Positions 7,552-17,928 of a DNA stretch of 32,000 nucleotides are shown piece after piece (the first letter of the stretch is position 1; each line of letters begins with the position of its first letter). The stretch lies in NCBI GenBank assembly GCA_019454205.1, contig CP075369.1:1747051-1779050 (forward strand), given 5' to 3'. Source of the DNA: Xanthobacteraceae bacterium. GTDB taxonomy: Bacteria > Pseudomonadota > Alphaproteobacteria > Rhizobiales > Xanthobacteraceae. The translations under genes and the position numbers were made by a program. Below the pieces are notes generated by a model. That model was not told the DNA's origin. It saw only the letters and a program-made list of their open reading frames with translations, and did no database searches.

Positions 7552-8015
7552 TATGCTCTTCCTTCCGCTTCAGCCTGCGGCACCTTTCCATCCGGCGTGT
7601 ACTTGTCGACGGCCGCGGGCAGTTCGCGGCAGAGGCGCGAGAGCAACTCTTCGCGGCTGAGACCGGTCTGCTGGGTCAGCGTTTCGAGCACGTCGGGACC
7701 GAGCGCCTGTTCGAGCTGCGCCGGCGAGCACGACTTGTTGTCGCCCGTCTTCACCCACGAGTCGGCGGTTTCGCCCTGTCCCGCATTCTTGAAGCGGTCC
7801 AGCAATTCGCCGAGGCCGCCGCCGAGGATGCTGCCGGACGAAGTACCCTTGGTGTCTACGCCAAGCTTTTCGAGGAGACCGCCGAGCGGCCCTTTGCCGT
7901 CAGGACCGGGCGTATTCAGCTTGCCCAGAACTTCCGAGATCTTGTCCCGGTTCTGATAGCCCGCGATGGCCAGCATCGCGAGCAAGGCCGTCATGGAAGG
8001 TAGTCCGCGCTTCAT
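7551..8015 (-). CDS. YidB family protein (DUF937)
   Basis: ORF 7551..8210 trimmed to MKRGLPSMTALLAMLAIAGYQNRDK... (ATG 8015-8013, GGGAGA Shine-Dalgarno 7 nt upstream). It has GGLGELLDRFKNAGQGETADSWVKTGDNKSCSPAQLEQALGPDVLETLTQQTGLSREELLSRLCRELPAAVDKYTPDG, the YidB/DUF937 signature. Confidence 0.8.
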   Translation of the reverse strand: MKRGLPSMTALLAMLAIAGYQNRDKISEVLGKLNTPGPDGKGPLGGLLEKLGVDTKGTSSGSILGGGLGELLDRFKNAGQGETADSWVKTGDNKSCSPAQLEQALGPDVLETLTQQTGLSREELLSRLCRELPAAVDKYTPDGKVPQAEAEGRA

Positions 8016-8043
8016 ATGAATTTCTCCCGTACCGCAGCTTCTG

Positions 8044-8068
8044 AACCACTTCCCCTGCGGAAAGTTCC
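8044..8068 (-). promoter_or_regulatory. near-consensus EcfG-type promoter motif GGAAC-N16-GGTT
   Basis: The minus strand reads GGAAC (8068-8064), a 16-nt spacer, then GGTT (8047-8044). This lies 28 nt upstream of the yidB-like ATG. It has one mismatch (G for C) against the CGTT -10 element. Confidence 0.4.
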
Positions 8069-8102
8069 ACCTAAGCCTACAGGACCATATTTCAATACGG
8101 CA

Positions 8103-8138
8103 GGAAAAATAAAACCCCGGCGCGATGGCCGGGGTTTT
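8103..8138 (-). terminator. rho-independent terminator after rplQ (end of the alpha operon)
   Basis: The minus strand reads AAAACCCCGGC-catcgc-GCCGGGGUUUU followed by AUUUUUCC. It lies 24 nt after the rplQ stop. Confidence 0.8.
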
Positions 8139-8161
8139 GAATTCATCGAGTAGCAGAACCG

Positions 8162-8608
8162 TTACGCGGGAACGTTCTGCGGCTCTTCCTTCGGCTGGGT
8201 CTTCAGCCACTCGGAGTGGCGGGCGAGATCGGCCTTGCCCTTGGCGCTCTCGTCGCGGTCCACGAATTCGATCACCGCGACCGGCGCCATGTCGCCGTGG
8301 CGGTAGCCGGCCTTGATGATGCGCAGATACCCGCCGTTGCGCTCCCTGTAGCGCGGCGCGATGGTCTCGAACAGTTTCTTCACCGCGTCGCGGTCGCGCA
8401 TTTCGGAGATGGCCTGACGGCGCGCGTGCAGGCTGCCCTTCTTGCCGAGCGTGACCAGCTTCTCGACGATCGGACGGATGTCCTTCGCTTTGGGAAGCGT
8501 GGTGACGATCTGCTCATGGGTGATGAGCGAGGCCGCCATGTTGGCGAGCATCGCCTTCCGGTGTTCCGGGCGGCGGTTGAAGCGGCGGTGTGCCTTGCCG
8601 TGACGCAT
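8162..8608 (-). CDS. rplQ: 50S ribosomal protein L17 (bL17)
   Basis: [46 protein letters not shown]..., and its position after rpoA. Confidence 0.97.
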   Translation of the reverse strand: MRHGKAHRRFNRRPEHRKAMLANMAASLITHEQIVTTLPKAKDIRPIVEKLVTLGKKGSLHARRQAISEMRDRDAVKKLFETIAPRYRERNGGYLRIIKAGYRHGDMAPVAVIEFVDRDESAKGKADLARHSEWLKTQPKEEPQNVPA

Positions 8609-8638
8609 GTTCTTTTCCTCCGAAGCGCTTTTTGCGCC

Positions 8639-9664
8639 TCAGTAATGGTCCTCGAAACGCTTCGCGAGTTCTTCGATGTTCTCCGGCGGCCAGCCCTGCA
8701 CTTCCATGCCGAGATGGAGGCCCATCGTCGCGAGCACTTCCTTGATTTCGTTCAGCGACTTGCGGCCGAAGTTCGGGGTGCGGAGCATTTCCGCTTCCGA
8801 CTTCTGGATCAGGTCGCCGATGTAGACGATGTTGTCGTTCTTCAAACAGTTCGCCGAGCGAACCGAAAGTTCGAGTTCGTCCACCTTCTTGAGCATGGCG
8901 GGCGGGAACGGCAGTTCCTGCATCGGCGCGGCTTCGACTTCGCGGCGCGGCTCTTCGAAGTTGACGAAGATGTTGAGCTGGTCTTGCAGGATGCGCGCCG
9001 AGTAAGCGAGCGCGTCTTCCGGCGAGATCGAACCGTTGGTCTCGATCGTCATGGTCAGCTTGTCGTAGTCGAGGATCTGGCCCTCGCGGGTGTTCTCGAC
9101 GCGGTACGAAACCTTGCGCACCGGCGAATAGAGGCTGTCCACCGGGATCAGGCCGATCGGACTATCTTCCGTGCGGTTGCGGTCGGAAGCGACGTAACCC
9201 TTGCCGGTGTTGACCGTGAACTCCATGCGGATTTCCGCGCCCTCGTCGAGGGTGCAGAGCGGCAGATCGGGGTTCAGCACCTGCACGTCGCCGACGGTCT
9301 GGATGTCGCCGGCGGTAACGACGCCGGGACCGGTCTTCTTCACGACCATACGCTTCGGGCCTTCGCCCTGCATCTTGATCGCGATGTCCTTGATGTTGAG
9401 GACGACGTCGGTGACGTCTTCGCGCACGCCGGGGATCGAGGAGAACTCGTGCAGCACGCCGTCGATCTGCACCGAGGTCACGGCCGCGCCCTGCAAAGAG
9501 GAGAGAAGAATCCGGCGCAGTGCGTTGCCGAGTGTCAGGCCGAAACCGCGCTCCAGCGGTTCCGCGACCACGGTCGCGAAGCGCTTCGGATCGGTGCCGC
9601 CCTGCACATTGAGCTTCTCGGGCTTGATCAGCTCTTGCCAGTTCTTCTGGATCACGGTCGTCAT
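8639..9664 (-). CDS. rpoA: DNA-directed RNA polymerase subunit alpha
   Basis: 341 aa. The N-terminus is ...[36 protein letters not shown]. The C-terminal domain has [22 protein letters not shown]. Confidence 0.98.
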   Translation of the reverse strand: MTTVIQKNWQELIKPEKLNVQGGTDPKRFATVVAEPLERGFGLTLGNALRRILLSSLQGAAVTSVQIDGVLHEFSSIPGVREDVTDVVLNIKDIAIKMQGEGPKRMVVKKTGPGVVTAGDIQTVGDVQVLNPDLPLCTLDEGAEIRMEFTVNTGKGYVASDRNRTEDSPIGLIPVDSLYSPVRKVSYRVENTREGQILDYDKLTMTIETNGSISPEDALAYSARILQDQLNIFVNFEEPRREVEAAPMQELPFPPAMLKKVDELELSVRSANCLKNDNIVYIGDLIQKSEAEMLRTPNFGRKSLNEIKEVLATMGLHLGMEVQGWPPENIEELAKRFEDHY

Positions 9665-9761
9665 TCTTCGTGTCCTCTCGCCGCAAGGCCGCCGCCCTGC
9701 ATAGGCCGCGCTAACCAGCGCGAAACAATCTCAACCGGCCGGAGCCGGAGCGAATACAAAA

Positions 9762-10151
9762 TCAGACGCGCCGGCGCTTGCGCGGACGGCAACCGTTATG
9801 CGGAATCGGCGTCACGTCGCGGATCGACGTAACGGTGAAGCCCGCGGCCTGCAGCGCACGAAGCGCCGACTCGCGGCCCGAACCGGGGCCGGAAACTTCC
9901 ACTTCGAGGGTGCGCATGCCGTGTTCGGATGCCTTGCGCGCGGCGTCTTCCGCCGCGACCTGCGCCGCATACGGGGTCGATTTGCGCGAACCCTTGAAAC
10001 CCATCGTGCCCGACGACGACCAGGCAATCGTGTTGCCCTGCACGTCGGTGATGGTGATCATCGTGTTGTTGAACGAAGCCGCGACATGCGCGACGCCGGC
10101 CGCGATGTTCTTGCGCTCGCGCTTGCGGACGACTTTCTGCTCTTTCGCCAT
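9762..10151 (-). CDS. rpsK: 30S ribosomal protein S11 (uS11)
   Basis: 129 aa, [30 protein letters not shown]...[13 protein letters not shown]. Confidence 0.97.
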   Translation of the reverse strand: MAKEQKVVRKRERKNIAAGVAHVAASFNNTMITITDVQGNTIAWSSSGTMGFKGSRKSTPYAAQVAAEDAARKASEHGMRTLEVEVSGPGSGRESALRALQAAGFTVTSIRDVTPIPHNGCRPRKRRRV

Positions 10152-10181
10152 ATCGAACCTGTTTCTCTATGTCTGTCGCGC

Positions 10182-10559
10182 TTAGCGCGTGGCCATCTTC
10201 TTGCCGGCAATCGCCTTCGCCGGGCCTTTGCGCGTGCGCGCATTCGTGTGGGTGCGCTGACCGTGAACCGGCAGACCCTTGCGGTGACGCAGGCCGCGAT
10301 AGCAGCCGAGGTCCATCAGACGCTTGATGTTGAGCGTGACTTCACGGCGCAGATCGCCTTCCACGACATAGTCGCGGTCGATCATTTCGCGGATCTGCAG
10401 CACTTCCTGGTCGGTAAGCTGGTTGACGCGGCGGTCGGCCGGAATCTTCAGCTCGTCCACGATCTTCTTCGCGCGGAGCTGGCCGATGCCATGAATATAC
10501 TGAAGCGCGATGACGACGCGCTTGCCGGTCGGGATGTTCACGCCTGCGATACGGGCCAA
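10182..10559 (-). CDS. rpsM: 30S ribosomal protein S13 (uS13)
   Basis: [25 protein letters not shown]... The track ORF starts at a TTG at 10574. I prefer the in-frame TTG at 10559 because it gives the canonical [11 protein letters not shown]-terminus and has GGAGA 8 nt upstream. Confidence 0.93.
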   Translation of the reverse strand: MARIAGVNIPTGKRVVIALQYIHGIGQLRAKKIVDELKIPADRRVNQLTDQEVLQIREMIDRDYVVEGDLRREVTLNIKRLMDLGCYRGLRHRKGLPVHGQRTHTNARTRKGPAKAIAGKKMATR

Positions 10560-10682
10560 GGTCTTAGTCTCCAATAAGCGGGCGACATGGCCCGGCGTGG
10601 TGATCAGTACGGCAAAAATCGACGCCCAACCCGCCCGCGAAGGGGGCTCGGCATCGCTTCGGTTTTACCGACTGATGGCGGG

Positions 10683-10711
10683 TATGTAAGGAGATCGTCA
10701 TAGCGAGTCAA
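10683..10711 (-). promoter_or_regulatory. candidate sigma-70-type internal promoter for rpsM-rpsK-rpoA-rplQ
   Basis: The minus strand reads TTGACT (10711-10706), a 17-nt spacer, then TACATA (10688-10683). It lies in the 169-nt adk-rpsM spacer (to the preferred TTG start at 10559; 154 nt to the track ORF start at 10574). Confidence 0.4.
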
Positions 10712-10728
10712 CCGGACAAAACCGCCTT

Positions 10729-11325
10729 CTAATTCAATGACTTGCGGGCCGTCAGGCCCTGGTCGATGGCGGCTTCCACCGCGGGAATCGCAGCCATGCC
10801 GTCCACTTCCAGCAGCGTGCCCTGCTTGCCGTAATAGGCGGACAGCGGCGCGGTCTGGGCGCGGTAGGCGTCGAGGCGCTTTTTCAGCGCTTCGGGATTG
10901 TCGTCGGCGCGGATGGTCTCGCCCCGCGCGGTCATTTCCGCGATGCGGGTCTCGATGCGCTTGAGCAATGCGCCTTCGTCCACCTTGAGTTCGACCACGG
11001 CATCCAGCTTGATGCCCTTCCCCGCGAGCAGCTTGTCGAGCGCTTCGGCCTGACCGACCGTGCGCGGGAAGCCGTCGAGGATGAAACCCTTCTGCACGTC
11101 CGCTTCCTTGAGGCGGTCGTCGATAATCGCGATCACGACCTCGTCCGGAACGAGGTCGCCACGCGCCATGATGTCCTTCGCTTTCAGACCTACCGGCGTA
11201 CCAGCCTTCACCGCCGCGCGCAGCATGTCGCCGGTGGACAGGCGGGTAATGCCGTGCCGCTCGATCAGCCGGTCGCCTTGCGTGCCTTTTCCGGCACCCG
11301 GCGGTCCAAGCAAGACAAGTCTCAT
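10729..11325 (-). CDS. adk: adenylate kinase (short-lid type)
   Basis: ORF 10729..11751 trimmed to [39 protein letters not shown]... (P-loop). The ATG at 11325-11323 overlaps the secY stop (ATGA). The upstream part of the track ORF is out-of-frame secY. Confidence 0.95.
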   Translation of the reverse strand: MRLVLLGPPGAGKGTQGDRLIERHGITRLSTGDMLRAAVKAGTPVGLKAKDIMARGDLVPDEVVIAIIDDRLKEADVQKGFILDGFPRTVGQAEALDKLLAGKGIKLDAVVELKVDEGALLKRIETRIAEMTARGETIRADDNPEALKKRLDAYRAQTAPLSAYYGKQGTLLEVDGMAAIPAVEAAIDQGLTARKSLN

Positions 11326-12656
11326 CGCCGCGCCCCGCGCAGCTTCGACTTCTTGATCAGGCCTTCGTACTGGTGCGCGAGCAGATAGCCCTGCACCTGC
11401 GAAACCGTGTCCATCGTCACCGAGACCACGATCAGGAGCGAGGTGCCGCCGAAGTAGAACGGCACCGCCCAGTACGCGACCATGAGTTCGGGCAGCAGAC
11501 AGACGATCGAGAGATAAGCAGCGCCGACGACTGTGATGCGCGTCAGCACGTAGTCGATGTATTTCGCGGTGTTCTCGCCCGGACGGATGCCCGGAATGAA
11601 GCCGCCGTGCTTCTTCAGGTTGTCCGCGGTCTCGACCGGATTGAACACGATCGCGGTATAGAAGAACGCGAAGAACACGATCAGCAGCACGTAGATCGTC
11701 ATGTAGGTCGGACGGCCGTGCGCGAGCAGCGTGGTCATGTAGTTCAGCCATTCCGGGCCGGAGCCCTGACTGAACTGCGCAACCGTGGTCGGCACCAGCA
11801 ACAGCGACGACGCGAAAATCGGCGGGATCACACCCGACGAGTTCAGCTTCAGCGGCAGGTGCGAGCTTTGGCCCTCGAACATGCGGTTGCCGATCTGGCG
11901 CTTCGGATACTGGATCAGGAGACGGCGCTGTGCGCGCTCCATGAACACGATGAAGTAGATCGCGGCGACCGCAATCAGAATGATGCCGATGATGACTACG
12001 GTGGAAATACCGCCGGTCCGGCCGAGTTCGAGCAGACCTGCCAGCGCGCCCGGCAATTCCGCAACGATACCGGCGAAGATGATCAGCGAGATGCCGTTAC
12101 CGATGCCGCGCGCGGTGATCTGTTCGCCGAGCCACATCAGGAACACGGTGCCGCCGGTGAGCGTGATCACCGTCGAGAGCCGGAAGAACCAGCCCGGATT
12201 CGACACGATGCCGCCCTGCCCGCCTTCAAGACCGACCGCGATGCCGTAGGCCTGCAAGGCTGCGAGCAGCACGGTGAGATAGCGCGTGTACTGGTTGATG
12301 ACCTTGCGGCCCTGCTCGCCTTCCTTCTTCAAGGCTTCGAGCGTCGGCGAAACGGTGGTCAGCAGTTGCAGAATGATCGACGCCGAGATGTACGGCATGA
12401 TGTTGAGCGCGAAGATCGCCATGCGCTCGACTGCGCCGCCGGAAAACATGTTGAACAGGCCGAGGATGCCGCCGCGCGCCTGATTGAAGGCGTTCGCGAA
12501 CGCGACCGGATCGATACCCGGCATCGGGATGAAGGTGCCGAGACGATAGACCAGCAGCGCACCCAGCGTGAACCAGATGCGCTTCTTCAGATCGTCCGCT
12601 TTCGCGAGCGCGCTGAAGTTCAGATTTGCCGCGAGTTGTTCGGCTGCCGACGCCAT
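11322..12656 (-). CDS. secY: preprotein translocase subunit SecY
   Basis: 444 aa and 10 TM-like segments. It has ...GIDPVAF...[27 protein letters not shown]... and lies after rplO. Confidence 0.98.
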   Translation of the reverse strand: MASAAEQLAANLNFSALAKADDLKKRIWFTLGALLVYRLGTFIPMPGIDPVAFANAFNQARGGILGLFNMFSGGAVERMAIFALNIMPYISASIILQLLTTVSPTLEALKKEGEQGRKVINQYTRYLTVLLAALQAYGIAVGLEGGQGGIVSNPGWFFRLSTVITLTGGTVFLMWLGEQITARGIGNGISLIIFAGIVAELPGALAGLLELGRTGGISTVVIIGIILIAVAAIYFIVFMERAQRRLLIQYPKRQIGNRMFEGQSSHLPLKLNSSGVIPPIFASSLLLVPTTVAQFSQGSGPEWLNYMTTLLAHGRPTYMTIYVLLIVFFAFFYTAIVFNPVETADNLKKHGGFIPGIRPGENTAKYIDYVLTRITVVGAAYLSIVCLLPELMVAYWAVPFYFGGTSLLIVVSVTMDTVSQVQGYLLAHQYEGLIKKSKLRGARR

Positions 12657-12708
12657 GTTCGCTCCGATCCGCCCCGACTGTTTCCCTTAAAGAAAGTACG
12701 GCCCAAGT

Positions 12709-13233
12709 TTACTTGGCCGATTCCTTCTTCGGCTTCTTCTGCATCTTGCCGGGTTTCTCCCGGTCGGCCTTTTTCACGACAAGCTGCTTCACCGAGCCGC
12801 CCGCCTTCTCCACCGCGGCAATCGCCGACTTCGACGCGCCCGCGACTTCGAACGAGAGCTTCGTCTTCAGTTCGCCGGCACCGAGCAGACGCACGCCGTT
12901 GCCGGCGCGGCGCAGCACGCCCGCCTTCGCGAGCGAGTCCGCGGTGACAGTGTCGCCAGCCTTGATGTGACCCGCGTCCACCGCCTTCTGGATGCGGCCG
13001 AGGTTCACTTCGTTGTATTCGATGGCGAAGATGTTGTTGAAGCCGCGCTTCGGCAGACGGCGATGCAGCGGCATCTGACCGCCTTCGCGGCCCTTGATGC
13101 GAACGCCGGTACGCGCCTTCTGACCCTTCACGCCGCGGCCGCCGGTCTTGCCCTTGCCGGAGCCGATACCGCGGCCGATGCGCATGCGGTTCTTGCGCGA
13201 GCCTTCGTTGTCCGCGATCTGGTTGAGTTTCAT
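12709..13233 (-). CDS. rplO: 50S ribosomal protein L15 (uL15)
   Basis: [43 protein letters not shown]... It has a Lys-rich C-terminal tail. Confidence 0.97.
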   Translation of the reverse strand: MKLNQIADNEGSRKNRMRIGRGIGSGKGKTGGRGVKGQKARTGVRIKGREGGQMPLHRRLPKRGFNNIFAIEYNEVNLGRIQKAVDAGHIKAGDTVTADSLAKAGVLRRAGNGVRLLGAGELKTKLSFEVAGASKSAIAAVEKAGGSVKQLVVKKADREKPGKMQKKPKKESAK

Positions 13234-13243
13234 CGCCTCATCC

Positions 13244-13432
13244 TCACTTGTCTTCGACGATCCGCACCATGTGCGCGACCTTCGCGACCATGCCGCGCAC
13301 GGCCGGCGTATCCACCAGCTCGCGCCGCTTGCCGCGCTTGTTCAGGCCAAGGCCAATCAGCGTTTCCTGCTGCTTGGCCTCGCGGCGGATCGGGCTGCCG
13401 AACTGTTCGACGGTGATCTTCTTACCGGCCAT
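13244..13432 (-). CDS. rpmD: 50S ribosomal protein L30 (uL30)
   Basis: 62 aa, [45 protein letters not shown]. It lies between rpsE and rplO. Confidence 0.95.
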   Translation of the reverse strand: MAGKKITVEQFGSPIRREAKQQETLIGLGLNKRGKRRELVDTPAVRGMVAKVAHMVRIVEDK

Positions 13433-13444
13433 GACCCTCTCCTC

Positions 13445-14026
13445 TTACGCTTCCGCCGCTTCGGCGTCGGTGCCCTGACGGCGCGATTGCAAGGTCGAGA
13501 CCTTGATGCCGCGGCGCGCCGCGACCGAGCGCGGGCTGTCCTGGTTCTTCAACGCATCGAACGTCGCGCGAACCATGTTGTACGGATTCGACGAGCCGAA
13601 CGACTTGGCGACGACATCCTGCACGCCGACGGTTTCGAACACCGCGCGCATCGGGCCGCCGGCGATGATGCCGGTACCGGCCGGAGCCGCGCGCAGCACG
13701 ACCTTGCCGGCGCCGTGATGGCCGTTGACGTCGTGATGCAACGTGCGGCCGTCGCGCAGGTTAACGCGGATCAGCGAACGCTTGGCGGCATCGGTCGCCT
13801 TGCGGATCGCTTCCGGCACTTCGCGCGCCTTGCCGTGGCCGAAGCCGACGCGGCCTTTCTGGTCGCCGACAACGACGAGCGCTGCGAAGCCGAAGCGCTT
13901 ACCGCCCTTCACGACCTTCGCAACACGGTTGATGTGGACCAGCTTGTCGACCAGGCCGTCGCGCTCCTCGCGGTCGCGATCGCGATCCTTGCCCCGGCCT
14001 CGTTTCTCTTCTCTTTCGCGTGCCAT
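13445..14026 (-). CDS. rpsE: 30S ribosomal protein S5 (uS5)
   Basis: [52 protein letters not shown]... It has a charged N-terminal extension. Confidence 0.97.
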   Translation of the reverse strand: MAREREEKRGRGKDRDRDREERDGLVDKLVHINRVAKVVKGGKRFGFAALVVVGDQKGRVGFGHGKAREVPEAIRKATDAAKRSLIRVNLRDGRTLHHDVNGHHGAGKVVLRAAPAGTGIIAGGPMRAVFETVGVQDVVAKSFGSSNPYNMVRATFDALKNQDSPRSVAARRGIKVSTLQSRRQGTDAEAAEA

Positions 14027-14036
14027 GATGCTGTCC

Positions 14037-14405
14037 TTAGAAACTCAATCCGCCTTCACGCGCCGCGTCGGCGAGTGCCTTGACGCGGCCGTGAAAGCGA
14101 TAGGCGCCGCGGTCGAAGATGACTTCCTTCACGCCTTTCGCTTTCGCGCGTTCGGCGATCAGGCTGCCGACCGCTTTCGCGGCCTCGACATTCGCGCCCG
14201 ACTTCAATTTGCCGCGCATGTCCTTTTCCAGCGACGAAGCGGAAGCGAGCGTCGCTCCCTTCGCGTCGTCGATGACCTGCGCATAGATGTTCATGCCTGA
14301 GCGGTGAACCGACAGGCGCGGACGGCCGTAAGCCGACGCTTTCAGCGAGCGGCGCACGCTTGCGGTGCGGCGCTTTGCGCGAGTGCGATCCTTGACCGAT
14401 GCCAT
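14037..14405 (-). CDS. rplR: 50S ribosomal protein L18 (uL18)
   Basis: [21 protein letters not shown]...[26 protein letters not shown]. Confidence 0.97.
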   Translation of the reverse strand: MASVKDRTRAKRRTASVRRSLKASAYGRPRLSVHRSGMNIYAQVIDDAKGATLASASSLEKDMRGKLKSGANVEAAKAVGSLIAERAKAKGVKEVIFDRGAYRFHGRVKALADAAREGGLSF

Positions 14406-14417
14406 CGTCGTTCCCCG

Positions 14418-14951
14418 TTACTTCTTCTTGCCTTCCTTGCGGAAGATGAATTCATCGGCGTACTTCACGCCCTTGCCCTTGTAAGGCTCCGGCGGACGGT
14501 ACGAGCGGATCTCGGCGGCAACCTGACCGACCTTCTGTTTGTCGATGCCGGTGATCACGATTTCGGTCGGCTTCGGCGTCGCAACCGTGATTCCATCCGG
14601 AACCTTGTAGGTCACGTCGTGGCTGTAGCCGAGCGAAAGGCTCAGGTTCTTGCCGGCCATCGCCGCGCGGTAGCCGACGCCGTTGATTTCGAGCTTGCGC
14701 TCGAAACCCTTGGTGACGCCGGTCACGATGTTGTTCACCAGCGCGCGATAGAGACCCCAGGACGCCTGGTCCTGCTTCTCCTCGCCCTTCTTCTCGAAGG
14801 TGATCTGGTTCTTGTCGAGCTTCGGCGCAACGTTGTCGTTGAGCACGACCGAAAGCTCGCCCTTCGGACCCTTTACCTTCACGGTCTGGCCGGTGACGGT
14901 AGCGGTCACGCCGGACGGAATGGCGACGGGGCGTTTTCCGATCTTGGACAT
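14418..14951 (-). CDS. rplF: 50S ribosomal protein L6 (uL6)
   Basis: [34 protein letters not shown]...[17 protein letters not shown]. Confidence 0.97.
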   Translation of the reverse strand: MSKIGKRPVAIPSGVTATVTGQTVKVKGPKGELSVVLNDNVAPKLDKNQITFEKKGEEKQDQASWGLYRALVNNIVTGVTKGFERKLEINGVGYRAAMAGKNLSLSLGYSHDVTYKVPDGITVATPKPTEIVITGIDKQKVGQVAAEIRSYRPPEPYKGKGVKYADEFIFRKEGKKK

Positions 14952-14967
14952 GGTTCCCGTTCCTTCC

Positions 14968-15366
14968 TCAGAACACCGTGCAGAGAATTTCGCCGCCGAC
15001 GTTCTGTTCGCGGGCGTTGTGGTCAGCCATCACGCCCTTCGGCGTGGACAGGATCGCAATGCCGAGGCCGTTGTTGACGCGCGGCAGCGCATCGACCGAC
15101 GCGTAAACGCGACGGCCCGGCTTGGAGACGCGCGCGATCTCGCGGATCGCAGGCCCGCCTTCGGCGTATTTCAGTTCGACGTCGAACTCGGTCCGGCCAT
15201 TGCCGAACTCGGTAGTCGAGTAGCCGCGGATGTAGCCTTCGTCCTTGAGCACGTCGAGAACGCGCGCACGGAACGAGGAACCGGGCGTGGAAACGCGGTC
15301 GCGCTTGCGCATCTGCGCGTTGCGGATGCGGGTCAGCATATCGCCGAGCGGATCGTGCAATGCCAT
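14968..15366 (-). CDS. rpsH: 30S ribosomal protein S8 (uS8)
   Basis: [27 protein letters not shown]..., ending GGEILCTVF. Confidence 0.97.
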   Translation of the reverse strand: MALHDPLGDMLTRIRNAQMRKRDRVSTPGSSFRARVLDVLKDEGYIRGYSTTEFGNGRTEFDVELKYAEGGPAIREIARVSKPGRRVYASVDALPRVNNGLGIAILSTPKGVMADHNAREQNVGGEILCTVF

Positions 15367-15381
15367 GTTCGATCCCTCCCC

Positions 15382-15687
15382 TTACCAGCTCGACTTCACG
15401 AGGCCCGGAATCAGGCCCTTGGAGCCGTATTCACGGAGCGCGAGACGCGACATCTTCAGCTTGCGATAGGTCGCGCGCGGACGGCCGGTCACGGCGCAGC
15501 GGTTGCGCACGCGCTCCTTGGCCGAGTTGCGCGGCAATTGCGCGAGCTTCAACACCGCGTTGAAACGGTCTTCGATGGACACTTTCTTGTCCATGACGAT
15601 CGCCTTCAGCTTCGCGCGCTTGGCGGCCGTGTTCTTGGCCATCTTGCGCCGGCGCTCGTTCTTCTCGATTGAACTCTTCTTCGCCAT
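15382..15687 (-). CDS. rpsN: 30S ribosomal protein S14 (uS14), long non-zinc form
   Basis: 101 aa, [16 protein letters not shown]...[41 protein letters not shown]. Confidence 0.97.
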   Translation of the reverse strand: MAKKSSIEKNERRRKMAKNTAAKRAKLKAIVMDKKVSIEDRFNAVLKLAQLPRNSAKERVRNRCAVTGRPRATYRKLKMSRLALREYGSKGLIPGLVKSSW

Positions 15688-15721
15688 TTCTGCTCCTAGT
15701 CTCCGCGTTTGAAGCGATGCT

Positions 15722-16279
15722 TCACTGCCGGAAGGGAAAGTTCAGAGCCGCGAGCAAAGCGCGCGCCTCGTCGTCGGTTTTCGCCGTCGTGCAGACGATG
15801 ATGTCCATGCCCCAGACCGACTCCGTCTTGTCGTAGTCGATTTCCGGGAAAATGATGTGTTCCTTGATGCCGATCGTGTAGTTGCCGCGGCCGTCGAAGC
15901 TCTTCGGGTTGAGGCCGCGGAAGTCGCGGACGCGCGGCAGCGCAACCGTGACCAGACGATCGACGAATTCGTACATGCGGTCGCCGCGCAGCGTGACCTT
16001 CGTGCCGATGCCGATGTTCTCGCGAAGCTTGAAGTTCGCGATCGCCTTGCGGGCCTTCGTGATGATGGCCTTCTGGCCGGCAATCGCGGTCAGGTCGTTG
16101 GCGGCTGCGGTGACCTTCTTCTGGTCCGACGCACCCTCGCCCACGCCCATGTTCAGCACGACCTTGTCGAGCCGCGGCACGGCGAACGGATTCGAATAAC
16201 CGAACTGCTCGACGAGTTTCGAGCGGATGGTCTTCTCGAACTGCGTCTTCAGACGCGGTGTGTAATCTTTCTCAGCCAT
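15722..16279 (-). CDS. rplE: 50S ribosomal protein L5 (uL5)
   Basis: ORF 15722..16327 trimmed to [48 protein letters not shown]. The ATG at 16279 overlaps the end of rplX by 8 nt. Confidence 0.96.
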   Translation of the reverse strand: MAEKDYTPRLKTQFEKTIRSKLVEQFGYSNPFAVPRLDKVVLNMGVGEGASDQKKVTAAANDLTAIAGQKAIITKARKAIANFKLRENIGIGTKVTLRGDRMYEFVDRLVTVALPRVRDFRGLNPKSFDGRGNYTIGIKEHIIFPEIDYDKTESVWGMDIIVCTTAKTDDEARALLAALNFPFRQ

Positions 16280-16592
16280 CGATCTGCTCTCCCGAGCGGC
16301 GTGCCACGCGCACCTTGCGCCCGTCATTCAAAACCTTGAATCCGATCCGCGTCGCTTTCTTGCTGTCCTTCGGATCGGCCAGCGCGATGTTCGACAGGTG
16401 GATCGGCGATTCCTTGTTCACGATGCCGCCTTCGGTCTTCGCCGACTGGCGCTGGTGACGGCGCACCATGTTGATGCCGCGAACCAGCGCACGGCTTTCC
16501 GAGACCTGTACTTCGATCACTTCGCCCGACTTGCCCTTGTCGCGGCCGGTCAGGACGATGACCTTGTCGCCTTTTCTGATCTTCGCGGCCAT
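16272..16592 (-). CDS. rplX: 50S ribosomal protein L24 (uL24)
   Basis: The C-terminal 106 aa of ORF 16272..16901: [28 protein letters not shown]... The ATG at 16592 overlaps the rplN stop by 1 nt (UAAUG). Confidence 0.96.
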   Translation of the reverse strand: MAAKIRKGDKVIVLTGRDKGKSGEVIEVQVSESRALVRGINMVRRHQRQSAKTEGGIVNKESPIHLSNIALADPKDSKKATRIGFKVLNDGRKVRVARRSGEQIDG

Positions 16593-16960
16593 TACAGCAC
16601 CTCCGGCGCGAGCGAGATGATCTTCATGTGGTTCTTGGCGCGGAGTTCGCGCGGCACGGGTCCGAAGATACGGGTGCCGACCGGCTCCATCTGGTTGTTG
16701 ATCAGCACGGCCGCGTTGCGGTCGAAGCGGATCACCGAACCATCGGCGCGGCGCAGATCCTTGCGGATACGCACGACCACCGCCTTCATCACGTCGCCCT
16801 TCTTCACGCGGCCGCGCGGGATCGCTTCCTTGATCGAAACGACGATGACGTCGCCGACAGTCGCGTATTTGCGCTTCGAGCCGCCGAGAACCTTGATGCA
16901 CATGACGCGGCGCGCGCCGGAATTATCCGCGACGTCCAGGTTCGTTTGCATCTGAATCAT
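16592..16960 (-). CDS. rplN: 50S ribosomal protein L14 (uL14)
   Basis: [50 protein letters not shown]... Confidence 0.98.
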   Translation of the reverse strand: MIQMQTNLDVADNSGARRVMCIKVLGGSKRKYATVGDVIVVSIKEAIPRGRVKKGDVMKAVVVRIRKDLRRADGSVIRFDRNAAVLINNQMEPVGTRIFGPVPRELRAKNHMKIISLAPEVL

Positions 16961-17028
16961 AAGGCACCTTTATTCCGTTCTTCTCGCCGGGATTCCGGCT
17001 ACGCGTCCCTATTGGGCCGCGCGGGGTT

Positions 17029-17268
17029 TCAACCGGCTTTCTCGTCGAGGACGATCCAGCGCTTCAGCTTGGAGATCGGACGATGTTCCGTGATCCGGAC
17101 CGTGTCGCCGACCTTGAACTTGTTGGCTTCGTCGTGCGCGTGGAACTTCTTGGAACGGCGCACGGTCTTCTTGAGCAACGGATGGGTGTAGCGGCGCTCG
17201 ACCTGGACGATGATCGTCTTGTCCTGCTTGTCGCTGACCACGGTGCCCTGCAATACGCGCTTCGGCAT
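17029..17268 (-). CDS. rpsQ: 30S ribosomal protein S17 (uS17)
   Basis: ORF 17029..17313 trimmed to [47 protein letters not shown]. The ATG at 17268 lies 1 nt after the rpmC stop. Confidence 0.95.
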   Translation of the reverse strand: MPKRVLQGTVVSDKQDKTIIVQVERRYTHPLLKKTVRRSKKFHAHDEANKFKVGDTVRITEHRPISKLKRWIVLDEKAG

Positions 17269-17269
17269 T

Positions 17270-17479
17270 TTACTTGCCCTTCTTCGCGCCGGCGGCGCGT
17301 TTCTCGTTGGCAACGGTCGAAAGGCGCGCGATGTCGCGGCGCACCTGCCGCACGCGGCCGGTATTCTCCAACTGCCCCGTCGCTTTCTGGAAGCGAAGGT
17401 TGAACTGCTCCTTCTTCAGCTCAGCGATCTTGTCGGTGAGCTGGTCGGGAGTGAGCTGACGAACGTCTTCGACTTTCAT
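17270..17479 (-). CDS. rpmC: 50S ribosomal protein L29 (uL29)
   Basis: The C-terminal 69 aa of ORF 17270..18136: [53 protein letters not shown]. Confidence 0.95.
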   Translation of the reverse strand: MKVEDVRQLTPDQLTDKIAELKKEQFNLRFQKATGQLENTGRVRQVRRDIARLSTVANEKRAAGAKKGK

Positions 17480-17493
17480 CTTCAAATCTCCCG

Positions 17494-17904
17494 TTACTGA
17501 ATGCGCGCGACGAAGCGCGTCTTGATGGGAAGCTTGGCGGCGGCAAGGCGCAGCGCTTCGCGCGCGGTCGCTTCGTCGACACCGTCGAGTTCGAACATGA
17601 TGCGGCCCGGCTTGATGCGCGCCGCCCAGAATTCCGGCTGACCCTTGCCCTTGCCCATGCGGACTTCGGTCGGCTTCTTCGAAATCGGAATATCCGGGAA
17701 TACGTTGATCCACACGCGGCCGGCGCGTTTCATGTGGCGCGTCATGGCGCGGCGCGCGGCTTCGATCTGGCGCGCGGTGACGCGCTCCGGCTCGAGCGCC
17801 TTCAGGCCGTATTCGCCGAACGAAAGCAGCGTACCGCCCTTCGCGGTGCCGCGGATGCGGCCCTTGAACTGCTTGCGGAATTTGGTGCGCTTGGGTTGCA
17901 GCAT
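17494..17904 (-). CDS. rplP: 50S ribosomal protein L16 (uL16)
   Basis: [60 protein letters not shown]. Confidence 0.98.
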   Translation of the reverse strand: MLQPKRTKFRKQFKGRIRGTAKGGTLLSFGEYGLKALEPERVTARQIEAARRAMTRHMKRAGRVWINVFPDIPISKKPTEVRMGKGKGQPEFWAARIKPGRIMFELDGVDEATAREALRLAAAKLPIKTRFVARIQ

Positions 17905-17928
17905 GGTGGTTACTCTTTATTCCTTGCC

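Noticed and set aside
8216-9832. Very long plus-strand ORFs antisense to real genes: 8216..9832 (538 aa), 11373..12947 (524 aa), 23514..26171 (885 aa), 28365..30644 (759 aa), 5365..6702 (445 aa), 17734..18801 and 19377..20576.
   Set aside because: They lie exactly opposite confidently identified conserved genes (rpoA, secY, fusA, rpoC, degP and ribosomal protein genes). Their translations are Arg/Ala/Asp/His-rich low-complexity sequence typical of antisense frames in high-GC DNA, with no recognisable motifs.
10564-10701. A 45-codon minus-strand ORF ([24 protein letters not shown]...) in the adk-rpsM spacer. I checked it as a possible rpmJ (L36) or infA, which occupy this position in other bacteria.
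   Set aside because: It has no similarity to L36 (MKVR..SVK..C..C...) or IF1. Its third-position GC is only about 60% against much higher values in the surrounding genes. It has no Shine-Dalgarno, and its ATG lies inside the spacer of the putative promoter.
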